64,000 nucleotides of DNA from an uncultured Enterobacteriaceae bacterium (GTDB taxonomy: Bacteria; Myxococcota_A; UBA796; GCA-2862545), in assembly GCA_964655065.1 (NCBI GenBank), contig CAZZLC010000019.1:1-64000 (forward strand). The letters are read 5' to 3'. The notes beneath the pieces were generated by a model, which saw only the letters and a list, made by a program, of their open reading frames with translations, had not been told where the DNA came from and ran no database searches. Position numbers and translations under genes: made by a program. The stretch's first letter is position 1. Each line of letters opens with the position of its first letter. Below, one piece after another: positions 29,577 through 38,412 of the stretch.

Positions 29577-31310
29577 TCAGCTCCTCGTCCAGCGCGACAG
29601 GTAGCCCCAGGCGCTCCGCGCCATCGCTCCGGCCACGAGCCACGGGGTCACTTGCCGAGGGGGATCGAGCTCGCCCGCCTTGAACCGACGCACGGACTCC
29701 CGACGTCGCAGCTTCCCGCTCGACGTGCGAGGCAGGGTCCCCGGCTCGAGGAGCAGCACCAGGTCGGGATCGAGGCCGGTTCGGGAGAGCACGGCCTTGC
29801 GGACGTCCTCGGCGAGCCCCTCCCGCAGCTCGCGGCACTCCACGAACATCAACAGCCGCTCCCCGTCACTGTCGACGTCAGAGGCCGCGACCACGCAGCC
29901 CTTGCGGACCTCGGCGAGCGCCTCCGTGGCGAGCTCGAGATCGGTGGCCGCGTGGTTCTGTCCAGCTACGATCACGACGTCCTTGTCCCGTCCGGTGATG
30001 TAGAGCTCCCCTTCGAGGAAGAAGCCCAGGTCACCCGTGTCGAGCCAGCCATCTGCGAACGGCTGCGCCTCGCGGTCGAGGTAGCCCCGCATGACCGAGG
30101 GGCTGCGGACCCAGATGCGCCCCACGCGAGCCTCTGGCACGTCGGCGCCAGACTCGTCGCGGACGGCCACCGCAGTGTCCCGGAGCGGTACGCCCACGCT
30201 GGCGAGCTCGAGCCCCGTCTCCGCGACGACCGCCTCGCCCACGGCGAGCCTGGACCGATCGAACGACCGCGTCGTGAACGGCTTCGAGGGGTCGGAGAAG
30301 GTGACGGCGAGCGAGGCCTCGGCGAGGCCATAGACGGGCGTGAGCGCCTCGGGCCGAAGACCGTACCGGGCGAACCGCTCGTTGAACCGGCGGAGACTCG
30401 AGGGGGCCACGGGCTCGGCGCCGTTCAGGGCGAGCCGCCAGCTCGACAGGTCGACCCCTTCGAGCTCCTCGTCGGTGACACGGTCGGCGACGAGGGAGTA
30501 CGCGAAGTTCGGCGCGGGACACACGGTGACGCGGTGGCGCGAGAGGACCCGGAGCCAGAGGGCCGGTCGCGACAGGAACACCTCGGGCGGAATCAGGGCG
30601 AGGGGGCCTGGCCCCATGACCGCCACGAACACGCAGCCGATGAGTCCCATGTCGTGGTAGAGCGGCAGCCACGACGCTCCAGTCTGCTCGAAGCCCGCAT
30701 CGAGCGGCAGAAAGTCGAGGATCATCCTCACGTTCGCGGTGGCTTGCCCGTGCGTGAGCGCAACGGGCTTGGGGTGGTGCGTGGTGCCCGAGGAGAACTG
30801 CACCATCGCCAGGTCGTCGAGACCCAACTCGGGAAACTCCACGTCCGGTGCCGGATCACCGAGGGTCCCCGCGTCGACCGTTCCGCAGGGGAGCGCCGCG
30901 CGGGCCACGACCTCGCCGAGCAGGGACCGAATCCGTCGGCTCGTGATCAGGGCCGTGGCGTCGACCGCTCGCAGCATGGCGACCGTGCGATCCACGTACT
31001 CGTCGAGACGCCCGAGCCGAACCGGCGGGTACAGCGGCGTGGGCACGGCGCCGAGAAGCTGACAGCCGAAGAACGCGTCGAAGAACGGGAACTCGGTCTG
31101 CAGCACGATGCCCACCCGGTCCCCGCGCCGGATCCCGCGAGCGCTCAGGGTCCGAGCTGCCGCGAGAGCGCGTTGGTGGATCTCCGACCAGTGCAGCGAG
31201 AGCTCGCGCTCGCGTCGGTCCACGATCGTCACCACGTGGCGAGCGTCGGCCCTGGCCGCCACGTTGGCGAGGTGCCAGGTCAGCGGCTCGAGGGGACGAT
31301 CGCCGGTCAT
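29577..31310 (-). CDS. fatty acyl-AMP ligase (FAAL)
   Basis: AMP-binding core 'FSSGTTHHPKPVALTHGQ'. The FAAL-type insertion and C-terminal region ('LYITGRDKDVVIVAGQNH') are present. ATG at 31310 overlaps the ACP stop (ATGA). The ORF as listed extends to 31334. Confidence 0.85.
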   Translation of the reverse strand: MTGDRPLEPLTWHLANVAARADARHVVTIVDRRERELSLHWSEIHQRALAAARTLSARGIRRGDRVGIVLQTEFPFFDAFFGCQLLGAVPTPLYPPVRLGRLDEYVDRTVAMLRAVDATALITSRRIRSLLGEVVARAALPCGTVDAGTLGDPAPDVEFPELGLDDLAMVQFSSGTTHHPKPVALTHGQATANVRMILDFLPLDAGFEQTGASWLPLYHDMGLIGCVFVAVMGPGPLALIPPEVFLSRPALWLRVLSRHRVTVCPAPNFAYSLVADRVTDEELEGVDLSSWRLALNGAEPVAPSSLRRFNERFARYGLRPEALTPVYGLAEASLAVTFSDPSKPFTTRSFDRSRLAVGEAVVAETGLELASVGVPLRDTAVAVRDESGADVPEARVGRIWVRSPSVMRGYLDREAQPFADGWLDTGDLGFFLEGELYITGRDKDVVIVAGQNHAATDLELATEALAEVRKGCVVAASDVDSDGERLLMFVECRELREGLAEDVRKAVLSRTGLDPDLVLLLEPGTLPRTSSGKLRRRESVRRFKAGELDPPRQVTPWLVAGAMARSAWGYLSRWTRS

Positions 31311-31549
31311 CGGGCCTCGTCGAGGCGCCGGCACACGATGCGCACGACGTCGTCGAGGGTGGTCGCCGCGGCGTCGTCCTCGGGATCGAAGCAGATCTCG
31401 AAGTGATCCTCGATCGCGACCACCAGCGCGAGCCGCTGGATCGAGTCGAGCGACTCCGAGAGGTCGCCCTCGGGGACGGGGCCGGCGAACTTGAGCTCTT
31501 CGCGAACCACCGCGAGGATCTTGGCGCGAACGGTGTCAGGGTCGGCCAT
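31307..31549 (-). CDS. acyl carrier protein
   Basis: An 80-aa four-helix pattern with the phosphopantetheine-site motif 'LDSIQRLALV' (a DSL/DSI variant). ATG start at 31549. Confidence 0.8.
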   Translation of the reverse strand: MADPDTVRAKILAVVREELKFAGPVPEGDLSESLDSIQRLALVVAIEDHFEICFDPEDDAAATTLDDVVRIVCRRLDEAR

Positions 31550-32072
31550 CGGCGGACTCCAGCGATGCGAGGGCTGCGTTCTCGCACCGGATGCGCACGG
31601 TGAGCAGGGCGGCGTTCAGGACGGTGAAGGCGGCTGCGGTGAGCCACGCCGAGTGGACGAGCGGGAGCGCGAAGCCCTCGACGACGACCGCCACATAGTT
31701 CGGGTGGGGCAGGAACCGGTAGGGGCCGCCCGTGACCCGCGCAAGGCCGGGCACGACGATCACTCGGGTGTTCCACTGTGGACCGAGGGTCGTGATGCAC
31801 CACCATCGCAGCACCTGGGCGGCCACGACGAGCCCCAGCATCGGCCAGCCGAGGGCCGCGACGAAGACCCGGTCGAGCAGCCACACCTCCAGCGGGGCCG
31901 CGACGAGGAAGGCCAGGTGCAACATCACCATCGCGGGCCAGTGCCCTCTTCCGTGCTCCACCCCTCCTCGCGCGAAGCTCCACGCCGCGTTGCGGCGCGA
32001 CACCGCGAGCTCGGCGAGCCTCTCCAGGGCCACGGCCCCCATCAGCGCGGTGTAGGCAGCCTCGGTCACCAT
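31536..32072 (-). CDS. ICMT/phospholipid-methyltransferase-family membrane O-methyltransferase
   Basis: ATG at 32072 overlaps the PKS stop (ATGGTGA). A 178-aa polytopic protein with C-terminal 'GPYRFLPHPNYVAVVVEGFALPLV', typical of ICMT/PEMT-like enzymes such as SrsB and FtpB. Confidence 0.8.
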   Translation of the reverse strand: MVTEAAYTALMGAVALERLAELAVSRRNAAWSFARGGVEHGRGHWPAMVMLHLAFLVAAPLEVWLLDRVFVAALGWPMLGLVVAAQVLRWWCITTLGPQWNTRVIVVPGLARVTGGPYRFLPHPNYVAVVVEGFALPLVHSAWLTAAAFTVLNAALLTVRIRCENAALASLESADGRP

Positions 32073-33187
32073 CGGAGGAGGACCAACTCCGAGCAGAATC
32101 CAGGGCCCATCGCCACCATGAGGCCGTGCGAGCCAGGCGCGGGCGACACGTTGGCCAGCGTGTCGGCCAGTACGAAGAGCACCGATGCGCTCGACAGGTT
32201 CCCGACGCGCTCCAGCGAGTCCCAGGAGCGGGCGAGCGCACCGCCCGGCAGCTCGAGGGCCTCCTCGAAGGCTGTGAGCACGCGGGGGCCGCCGGTGTGG
32301 CAGACCCAGGTGCTCACGTCGTCGCGGGTGAGCCCGTGCTGCGCGAGGAAGCCGTCGACGTCTTCGCGGAGGTGTCGGTGCACCATGTCGGGGACTTCGG
32401 CCGACAGCACGATCTTGAAGCCGGAGTCCCCGATGTCCCACCCCATGACGTGCTCGGTGTCGGGATAGAACCGGCTCGCGGTCGCGATCACGCTCGGCCC
32501 CTGCCCACGGCGAGCAGACCCCGTGGCCACCAGCGCCGCGGCGCCATCGCCGAACAACCCGCTCGCGATGAGGTTGGGGATCGACAGGTCGGCGCGCTGC
32601 AGCGTGAGCGAGCACAGCTCCACCGACAGCAACACGGCGACGTGCTCGGGCCAGGCCCGGAGGTAGTCGTTCAGTCGGGCGGTGCCCGCGACGCCCGCGA
32701 CGCAGCCGAGCCCGAAGAGCGGGAGCCGCTTGACGTCGGTTCGGAAGCCGAGGCGGTTGACGAGCCGGGCGTCGATCGAGGGGGCCGCGATCCCGGTCAC
32801 CGACGTGAAGTAGATGGCGTCGACATCGGTGGGCGCGAGGCCGGCCGATTCCAGCGCGCCCGTGACCGCCTGGGCGCCGACCTCCGTGCCGACCTCGATG
32901 AAGGCGCGGTTGGCGGCGCCGAAACCGTCGAGCTTCTCGTAAGCCTCCATCGGCAGCGCCAGGTGACGTCCGCCCACCTTCACCGCCCGGTGGAGCTGCT
33001 CGACCCGGGCCGGGTTGTGGTGCTGGGTGCCCCACACCCGCAGAAACGCCGCGAGCAGCTCCTCCTGGTCGTAGGAGTGCGGAGGGAGGGCGGTACCGAC
33101 CGATGAGATTTGCACGCCGACTCGTAGCGACTCGCCGACGACGAAACCAGCCACGAATCGCTGCGTAGAGCACCGGCTCCGGGGCAC
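32066..33187 (-). CDS. type III polyketide synthase (chalcone/stilbene synthase family)
   Basis: Active-site Cys block 'GLGCVAGVAG', His block 'VCHTGGPRVL' and Asn block 'GNLSSASVLFVL'. The GTG at 33187 is only 4 nt from the sensor-kinase stop. An alternative GTG start at 33115 would give 'MQISSVGTALPPH'. Confidence 0.9.
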   Translation of the reverse strand: MPRSRCSTQRFVAGFVVGESLRVGVQISSVGTALPPHSYDQEELLAAFLRVWGTQHHNPARVEQLHRAVKVGGRHLALPMEAYEKLDGFGAANRAFIEVGTEVGAQAVTGALESAGLAPTDVDAIYFTSVTGIAAPSIDARLVNRLGFRTDVKRLPLFGLGCVAGVAGTARLNDYLRAWPEHVAVLLSVELCSLTLQRADLSIPNLIASGLFGDGAAALVATGSARRGQGPSVIATASRFYPDTEHVMGWDIGDSGFKIVLSAEVPDMVHRHLREDVDGFLAQHGLTRDDVSTWVCHTGGPRVLTAFEEALELPGGALARSWDSLERVGNLSSASVLFVLADTLANVSPAPGSHGLMVAMGPGFCSELVLLRW

Positions 33188-33191
33188 CCGG

Positions 33192-34727
33192 TCAGTCGTC
33201 GAGGGTCTGGCGAACGATCGCGAGCAGCTCTCGCGGCACGAACGGCTTGGCCAGGAACCGTCCGCGGTGCTCCCCGACGACCTCGTCCGTGTAGCCGCTG
33301 ATGAAGATCACGGGCAGGTCTTCGCTCACGGCGTCTGCCACCTCGATGCCGCTCATGCCGGGCATCATCACGTCGGTGACCAGAAGGTCCACCGCGTTCG
33401 TTTCGAGGTAGGACAGCCCCTCCGGGCCGCTCGACACGGCGTGGACGTCGTAGCCGGCGGTGCGGAGCATGCGCTGGACGGTACGCCGCACCTGATCGTC
33501 GTCGTCGATGAGCAGGATGCGCTCCTCGCCGCCGCGACGCTCGGCGTCTTCGTGCCGCGAAGGAGCGGGCCGAGGGGGCTCGACCGGAGGCGCGGCGACC
33601 CTGGGAAGAGCCATCTCGAAGCGGGCGCCGTGGGGTTCCACCGAGCGAGCGTCGACCGTGCCTCCGGACTGCGCCACGAAGCCGTGGACGCTCGCCAACC
33701 CGAGCCCCGAGCCCGTACCGCGCTTCGTCGTGTAGAAGGGCTCGAAGACGTGGGGGAGGACCTCCGCCGGGATGCCCCCGCCGGTATCCTGGACGGCGAA
33801 CACCACGCTCCCGTCGCGCTCCCGGAGCTCGATGCGCAGGAGCCCGCCCCGGGGCATGGCGTCGGCTGCGTTGATCACGAGGTTCATCAGCGACGTCTCG
33901 AGCTGTGTGACGTCGACGCGAATCCCCAGTCCCGAGGGGACGGCTGGCGCGTCGATCTCGAGCACGAGGTCGTCGCGGAGCACCTGGCGGAACAACGACC
34001 CGCTCCGGGCCAGGTACTGCGCGGGGTCGATCACCTCGGGCCGGAGCACCTGGCGGCGACCGAACGCGAGCAGCTGCTCGGTGAGGCTCACTCCCCGCTC
34101 CGCGCTGCCGACGATTCCGGCCACGCACTCGAGCGCCTCGGTGGGATCGCGCAGCTCCTGCAGCAGGCTCCGCAGCACGTCGGCGTCGGCCCGCAGCGCG
34201 GTGAGGAGGTTGTTGAAGTCGTGGGCCACCCCACCCGCGAGGCGTCCGACCGCCTCGAGGCGGTCGGCGTGTGCCAACCGCGACCGTAGCTCGAGGAGCT
34301 CGCCGAGATCGGTCATGGTGACCAGCCGCTGGCCCATTCCAAAGGGGACGTGCGTGCACGCGATAGGTCGAGTGGTCCCGTCGGCGCGCTTCGCGATCGC
34401 CGGCTCGACGCTCGTGTCCAGGTATTGACCGAGACGGCGACCGAGCATCTCGCCTGGCCTGGCGACCACCAGATCCTCGGCGGCGGGGTTGGCGTCGAGG
34501 ATCAGCCCATCGTCGGTGATGACGACCAAGCCGTCGGACGTGGCCTCGAACAAGCCCTTGTAGTGAGCCTCCGAGACGCGCAGGGCCTCCTCGACGGCCG
34601 ATTGCTCGGCCATCTCGGCGTGAAGGTCCGCCTTGGGCTGGCGGCCGGCGACGAGACGGCACGCCAACACCGTCGCGACGATCGCGACGATGAGGATCGC
34701 CCAGGTCTCCCAGCCCGTGCCCGTCAT
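33192..34727 (-). CDS. hybrid sensor histidine kinase/response regulator (TM-PAS-HisKA-HATPase-REC)
   Basis: An N-terminal TM segment is followed by a PAS-like region. H-box 'VAHDFNNLL', N/G-boxes 'LVINAADAM' and 'DTGGGIP..GSGLGL', and a C-terminal receiver ('LLIDDDDQVRR...LVTDVMMPGMSG'). ATG start at 34727. Confidence 0.85.
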   Translation of the reverse strand: MTGTGWETWAILIVAIVATVLACRLVAGRQPKADLHAEMAEQSAVEEALRVSEAHYKGLFEATSDGLVVITDDGLILDANPAAEDLVVARPGEMLGRRLGQYLDTSVEPAIAKRADGTTRPIACTHVPFGMGQRLVTMTDLGELLELRSRLAHADRLEAVGRLAGGVAHDFNNLLTALRADADVLRSLLQELRDPTEALECVAGIVGSAERGVSLTEQLLAFGRRQVLRPEVIDPAQYLARSGSLFRQVLRDDLVLEIDAPAVPSGLGIRVDVTQLETSLMNLVINAADAMPRGGLLRIELRERDGSVVFAVQDTGGGIPAEVLPHVFEPFYTTKRGTGSGLGLASVHGFVAQSGGTVDARSVEPHGARFEMALPRVAAPPVEPPRPAPSRHEDAERRGGEERILLIDDDDQVRRTVQRMLRTAGYDVHAVSSGPEGLSYLETNAVDLLVTDVMMPGMSGIEVADAVSEDLPVIFISGYTDEVVGEHRGRFLAKPFVPRELLAIVRQTLDD

Positions 34728-34809
34728 GCTCGCACCCGTGTGTCCCCTGCGTTGCGGGGCACTCTACCAGCGTTCCCGTGAGCGGACACCTTTTGGCGGA
34801 CCCGGAACC

Positions 34810-35235
34810 TCAGCGGGTCAGCCGAGCGTCCACCGACAACGAGCCCGGACCGACGAACACCAGCAACACGAACGCCGCCATCACCGCGATCGGGTCCAGC
34901 GCGGCGCCGATTCGGGCGGGGGTGAGGTACGGGACGGTCGAGATGGCGAGCACGAGGGCGACGAGGAACGACACCGGCCGCGTGGCGAAGCCGACCACGA
35001 CGAGGAAACCACCGAAGAACTGAACGAACGAAGCCGTGGCCCCGTAGGCGGTGTCGGCGACGTTCTGGAGTCCGAGCGGTGCCAGGGCCGAGTAGCCGAT
35101 GGAAGCCCACTGTCGCGCGCCTCCAGCCACGTTTCCCCAGCCCTGAACCATCATCACGAGTCCGAGCACCACCCGGCAGACGGCCGTACCGACCCCGGAC
35201 CACGACTCGAGCCCGGGCCACGTCAACCAACGCAT
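34810..35235 (-). CDS. DoxX-family membrane protein
   Basis: ATG at 35235 has a GGAGG RBS. A 141-aa protein with four TM segments, including 'RVVLGLVMMVQGWGNV' and 'FLVVVGFATRPVSFLVALVL'. Confidence 0.75.
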   Translation of the reverse strand: MRWLTWPGLESWSGVGTAVCRVVLGLVMMVQGWGNVAGGARQWASIGYSALAPLGLQNVADTAYGATASFVQFFGGFLVVVGFATRPVSFLVALVLAISTVPYLTPARIGAALDPIAVMAAFVLLVFVGPGSLSVDARLTR

Positions 35236-35972
35236 CTCGACCTCCGTGGGGCGCGGTCGACGTGTCGCTCCGCAGCCTCGCGGACGCGGTGTACCTCGTC
35301 TTCGGTCAGGGTGTCGCGCCAGGCTTCGGGACGCACCGCCGATGCTTCGCGCCTGCCGACGGCGTCCACGAGCATCGCTCCGATGCTGGCCTGACTCCGC
35401 TCCGACCAGTCCAGCCCGAGCTGCCGGTACAAGCGGTGGAACCCGACGAAGGGCTCTCCGACCAGCTCGTCGTCCCAGGCGATGGCGAAGTCTCGTCGCC
35501 GCTCCTGGTAGCCCGCGAGCCACTCGCACGCGGCGAGCCACTCGGTGAATGCCTGCTCGATCCAGTGTTCCGGATCCGGGTCCGGGGACTCGCGCTTGTG
35601 GCGGGCGGCGACGCTCAGGGGGTGGGTGCCGAGGCACACGACGCGACACCCGCACTCGTCGGCGAGCCACTCGGCGAACGCGAGCCCCTCGGGCACACTG
35701 GCCACCGGCTGGTAACCGAGCCTCGCCTGCATGGTCTGGCGGAGCGCTCGACGCAGCGCCACGAACATTCCATCGTGCGAGGACTGGCGCATCGCGGTGG
35801 TGAAGGAGGGATGGAGCAGCCTCCTCACCGCCTGGGGTGGAGTGCCGGTCTCGGTGGGTGGCAGCTCGGTGGGCTGCAGAACGTAGGCGCGCGGGGCTGC
35901 CGCGAGCCCGTCACGGACCCACGCACTCACGGAGGGCTCTCCGCCCACGACCACGACAGCCCTGGATTCCAC
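35223..35972 (-). CDS. hypothetical protein (weak sulfotransferase-like P-loop resemblance)
   Basis: GTG start at 35972. Non-biased composition with 'VVVVGGEPSVSAW' near the N-terminus. Overlaps the DoxX start by 13 nt. Function is not established. Confidence 0.45.
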   Translation of the reverse strand: MESRAVVVVGGEPSVSAWVRDGLAAAPRAYVLQPTELPPTETGTPPQAVRRLLHPSFTTAMRQSSHDGMFVALRRALRQTMQARLGYQPVASVPEGLAFAEWLADECGCRVVCLGTHPLSVAARHKRESPDPDPEHWIEQAFTEWLAACEWLAGYQERRRDFAIAWDDELVGEPFVGFHRLYRQLGLDWSERSQASIGAMLVDAVGRREASAVRPEAWRDTLTEDEVHRVREAAERHVDRAPRRSRCVG

Positions 35973-36015
35973 CCGTCACCCCATTGTCCGAGTGTAGCCT
36001 ACCGACTTTGGAGGG

Positions 36016-37638
36016 CTATTCGTCGGCCGGTTCGACTCGCACGGGACGGGGCCGCTCGTCGAGGCGACCTTCGAAGCCCCGCCGGGGATCCGCCTTGTCG
36101 GTCTCCGGATCGAGAATGCCGACCTCGTTGCCCTCGAGTCGAGCCATCCAGGTGGCCGCGGTCGCGTCGCCGACCACGTTGGTGGCGGTGCGGAACATGT
36201 CCAGGAGGCGATCCACCCCGAGCACCAGAGCCAGCCCCTCGGTGGGGACCCCGATGGCCGTGAGCACCAGCGCCAGGGTGATCATGCCCGCGCCAGGCAC
36301 GCCGGCCGCCCCCACCGACGCGAGCGTCGCGCTGGTGACGATCGTGATCTGATCCCCGAGCGACAGGTCGATGCTGTAGATCTGCGCGATGAAGATGGCT
36401 GCGACGCCCTGATAGAGCGCCGTGCCGTCCATGTTCACCGTCGCTCCCAGGGGGAGCACGAAGCTCGACACCTCGGGGCTGACGTTCACGTTGTCCTCGA
36501 CGCATTCCTTGGTGACGGGCAGGGTCGCGGAGGAGCTCGAGGTCGAGAACGCGAGGAGGATCGCCGGTCGGATCGCGCCGACGAAACCAGGGAAGCCGAG
36601 CCGTGCCCCGAAGGTGACGATGCTGCCGTACGTGATCGCGGCGTGGAGCACGAGGGCCACCACGACGACGATCGCGTAGACCGACAGGGCCGCGAGGACC
36701 GACAGCCCGGTGCTCCCCACGACTTCGAACAGCAGAGCGGCGACGCCGTAGGGCGCGAGGGCCATCGCCACGTGGACCAGCATCACCATCGCCTCGTTGA
36801 GCCCGTCGAGGAAGTCGACCACGGGCCGCGCGCGCTTGCTGGGAAGCAGCGTGAGCGCGATGCCCAGCATGAGCCCGAAGAAGATGATCTGCAGCATCTC
36901 GCCGTTGGCGAGGCTGGAGAGCGGGTTGGTGGGAATGATGCCGACCACCTGCTCGACGAGGCTCGGCGCGCCGGCGGCCGAGGACACGGTGGAGGTAGCG
37001 GCGCCCTCGTAGCTCGCGAGGAGCTGGCTCCGGTCGGACTCCGTCATGTAGGTGCCGGGCTTGACGAGATTGGCGAGCCCGACGCCGATGGTCAGCGCGA
37101 TCACCGTGGTCGTGGTGAACAGGATCAGGGTGCGGGCGCCGAGGCGGCCGAGCTTGCGAAAGTCACCGAGGGACGCGACCCCCACCACGAGAGACGCGAA
37201 CACGAGCGGTACGACCACCATCTTGATGAGCGCGAGGAACAGGTCCCCGATCCAGGAGGTCGCGTCGACCAGCCACTGCCCTGTGCGCGCGTAGCGACGG
37301 ACGGTGGGCACGTCCGTGGCGACGTAGCCGGTCACGAGGCTGCCTGGTTCGATGTCCGACGCCTCGCTCACCCCCCGGTCCACCAGCCGGAGTCGCTGGC
37401 TCGCACCGACGCGGAACTCGATCTCCACGAATCGACCGTCGACGTCGCGCACCACGCGGGCCTGGGTGGTCCCGCCGGCCAGCGGCTCGAGGGCGGCGTC
37501 GCGGGTCGGCGCCCGACGGACCACGTCGCCCGACCACTCGACCCCGTCCTGGGGCAGCAGCATGGAGTTGGGCCCGACGAGGAAGCCGAGCAGGACGCCG
37601 ACCACCATGCCGACGAGGATCTTGGTGTAGAGCTGCAT
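36016..37638 (-). CDS. dicarboxylate/amino-acid:cation symporter (DAACS family, GltP/DctA-like)
   Basis: ATG at 37638. Family blocks include 'VLPLGATVNMDGTALYQGVAAIFIAQ' and 'LASVGAAGVPGAGMITLALVL'. An ~95-aa soluble insertion follows TM1. Confidence 0.85.
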   Translation of the reverse strand: MQLYTKILVGMVVGVLLGFLVGPNSMLLPQDGVEWSGDVVRRAPTRDAALEPLAGGTTQARVVRDVDGRFVEIEFRVGASQRLRLVDRGVSEASDIEPGSLVTGYVATDVPTVRRYARTGQWLVDATSWIGDLFLALIKMVVVPLVFASLVVGVASLGDFRKLGRLGARTLILFTTTTVIALTIGVGLANLVKPGTYMTESDRSQLLASYEGAATSTVSSAAGAPSLVEQVVGIIPTNPLSSLANGEMLQIIFFGLMLGIALTLLPSKRARPVVDFLDGLNEAMVMLVHVAMALAPYGVAALLFEVVGSTGLSVLAALSVYAIVVVVALVLHAAITYGSIVTFGARLGFPGFVGAIRPAILLAFSTSSSSATLPVTKECVEDNVNVSPEVSSFVLPLGATVNMDGTALYQGVAAIFIAQIYSIDLSLGDQITIVTSATLASVGAAGVPGAGMITLALVLTAIGVPTEGLALVLGVDRLLDMFRTATNVVGDATAATWMARLEGNEVGILDPETDKADPRRGFEGRLDERPRPVRVEPADE

Positions 37639-37791
37639 CCCACCCCCGGGGGGACCGCCTCGGGCCCCGTCCGTCCGGGCGCGTTTAATGCGTTCGTGGG
37701 AGAGGAGCCGGTTGTCGTGGGCATCGTGGCCGTGGGCTGCCGCGAAACGATGCACCCCGCAGCGCAGGCGGGCGCGAGAGATACGGCGCGC

Positions 37792-37814
37792 TTACCGATC
37801 CCTACCGATCGGTA
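37792..37814. promoter_or_regulatory. putative TetR operator: perfect 12-bp palindrome TACCGATCGGTA preceded by a direct half-site repeat TTACCGATC
   Basis: The palindrome at 37803-37814 lies 17 nt upstream of the tetR ATG, inside the divergent intergenic region shared with the DAACS transporter gene. Confidence 0.4.
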
Positions 37815-37830
37815 GAGGCGCAAGGGAACG

Positions 37831-38412
37831 ATGACGGTGAGTGGCGTTCGAGCCAGGATTTTGGAGGAGGCCGTGCGGCTGTTCTCTCGCAACGGCTACG
37901 GCTCGACGTCGGTCCGCGAGGTCGCCGAGGCGGCCGGAATCACCAAGCCGACCCTCTATTATCACTTCGGCAGCAAAGAGGGCCTGTTCGAGGCGCTCAT
38001 CGACCACCACCTCACGGGCCTCGAAGCTCTCGTGGGCGAGGCGGTGACCTCGGCCGGGGGGGTGGTCGACCGCATCCGGACCTTCGCGAAGACCTACCTT
38101 CTCGGAGCCGCGGAGGAGGCCGATGCGCTGCGCTTCCTGCTCACCTGCAGCCTGCCGGACACCCGGGACAACGCAAACCCCCATTGTGGGGTGTTCGGGC
38201 GTGTCTTGCAAATCGTGACTCCGCTGCAGGACGTGATCCGCCAAGGAGTCACCAGCGGCGAGCTGCGGCGGGATCTCGATCCCGAAGTCGCGGTCTTCGC
38301 CCTCGTGGGTGCTCTCAACCTCCACCTCGCAGCGGCCCTCGAAGGTCGCGCGGTGCGAGGCGACACCGTCGATTCGATTCTCAACCTCTGGTTCCGTGGA
38401 GTGGCGGCATGA
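37831..38412 (+). CDS. TetR-family transcriptional regulator
   Basis: N-terminal HTH 'ILEEAVRLFSRNGYGSTSVREVAEAAGITKPTLYYHFGSKEGLF'. Stop overlaps the start of the membrane-fusion-protein gene (ATGA). Confidence 0.85.
   Translation: MTVSGVRARILEEAVRLFSRNGYGSTSVREVAEAAGITKPTLYYHFGSKEGLFEALIDHHLTGLEALVGEAVTSAGGVVDRIRTFAKTYLLGAAEEADALRFLLTCSLPDTRDNANPHCGVFGRVLQIVTPLQDVIRQGVTSGELRRDLDPEVAVFALVGALNLHLAAALEGRAVRGDTVDSILNLWFRGVAA

Noticed and set aside
29367-31406. 679-aa plus-strand ORF antisense to the FAAL gene
   Set aside because: Antisense to a gene with a complete AMP-binding motif set. Junk composition.
34728-34809. GC-rich hairpin (CCCC-N8-GGGG) downstream of the DoxX gene as a terminator
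   Set aside because: Short stem with no following T/U tract. Such hairpins occur by chance in 70% GC DNA, so it was not called.
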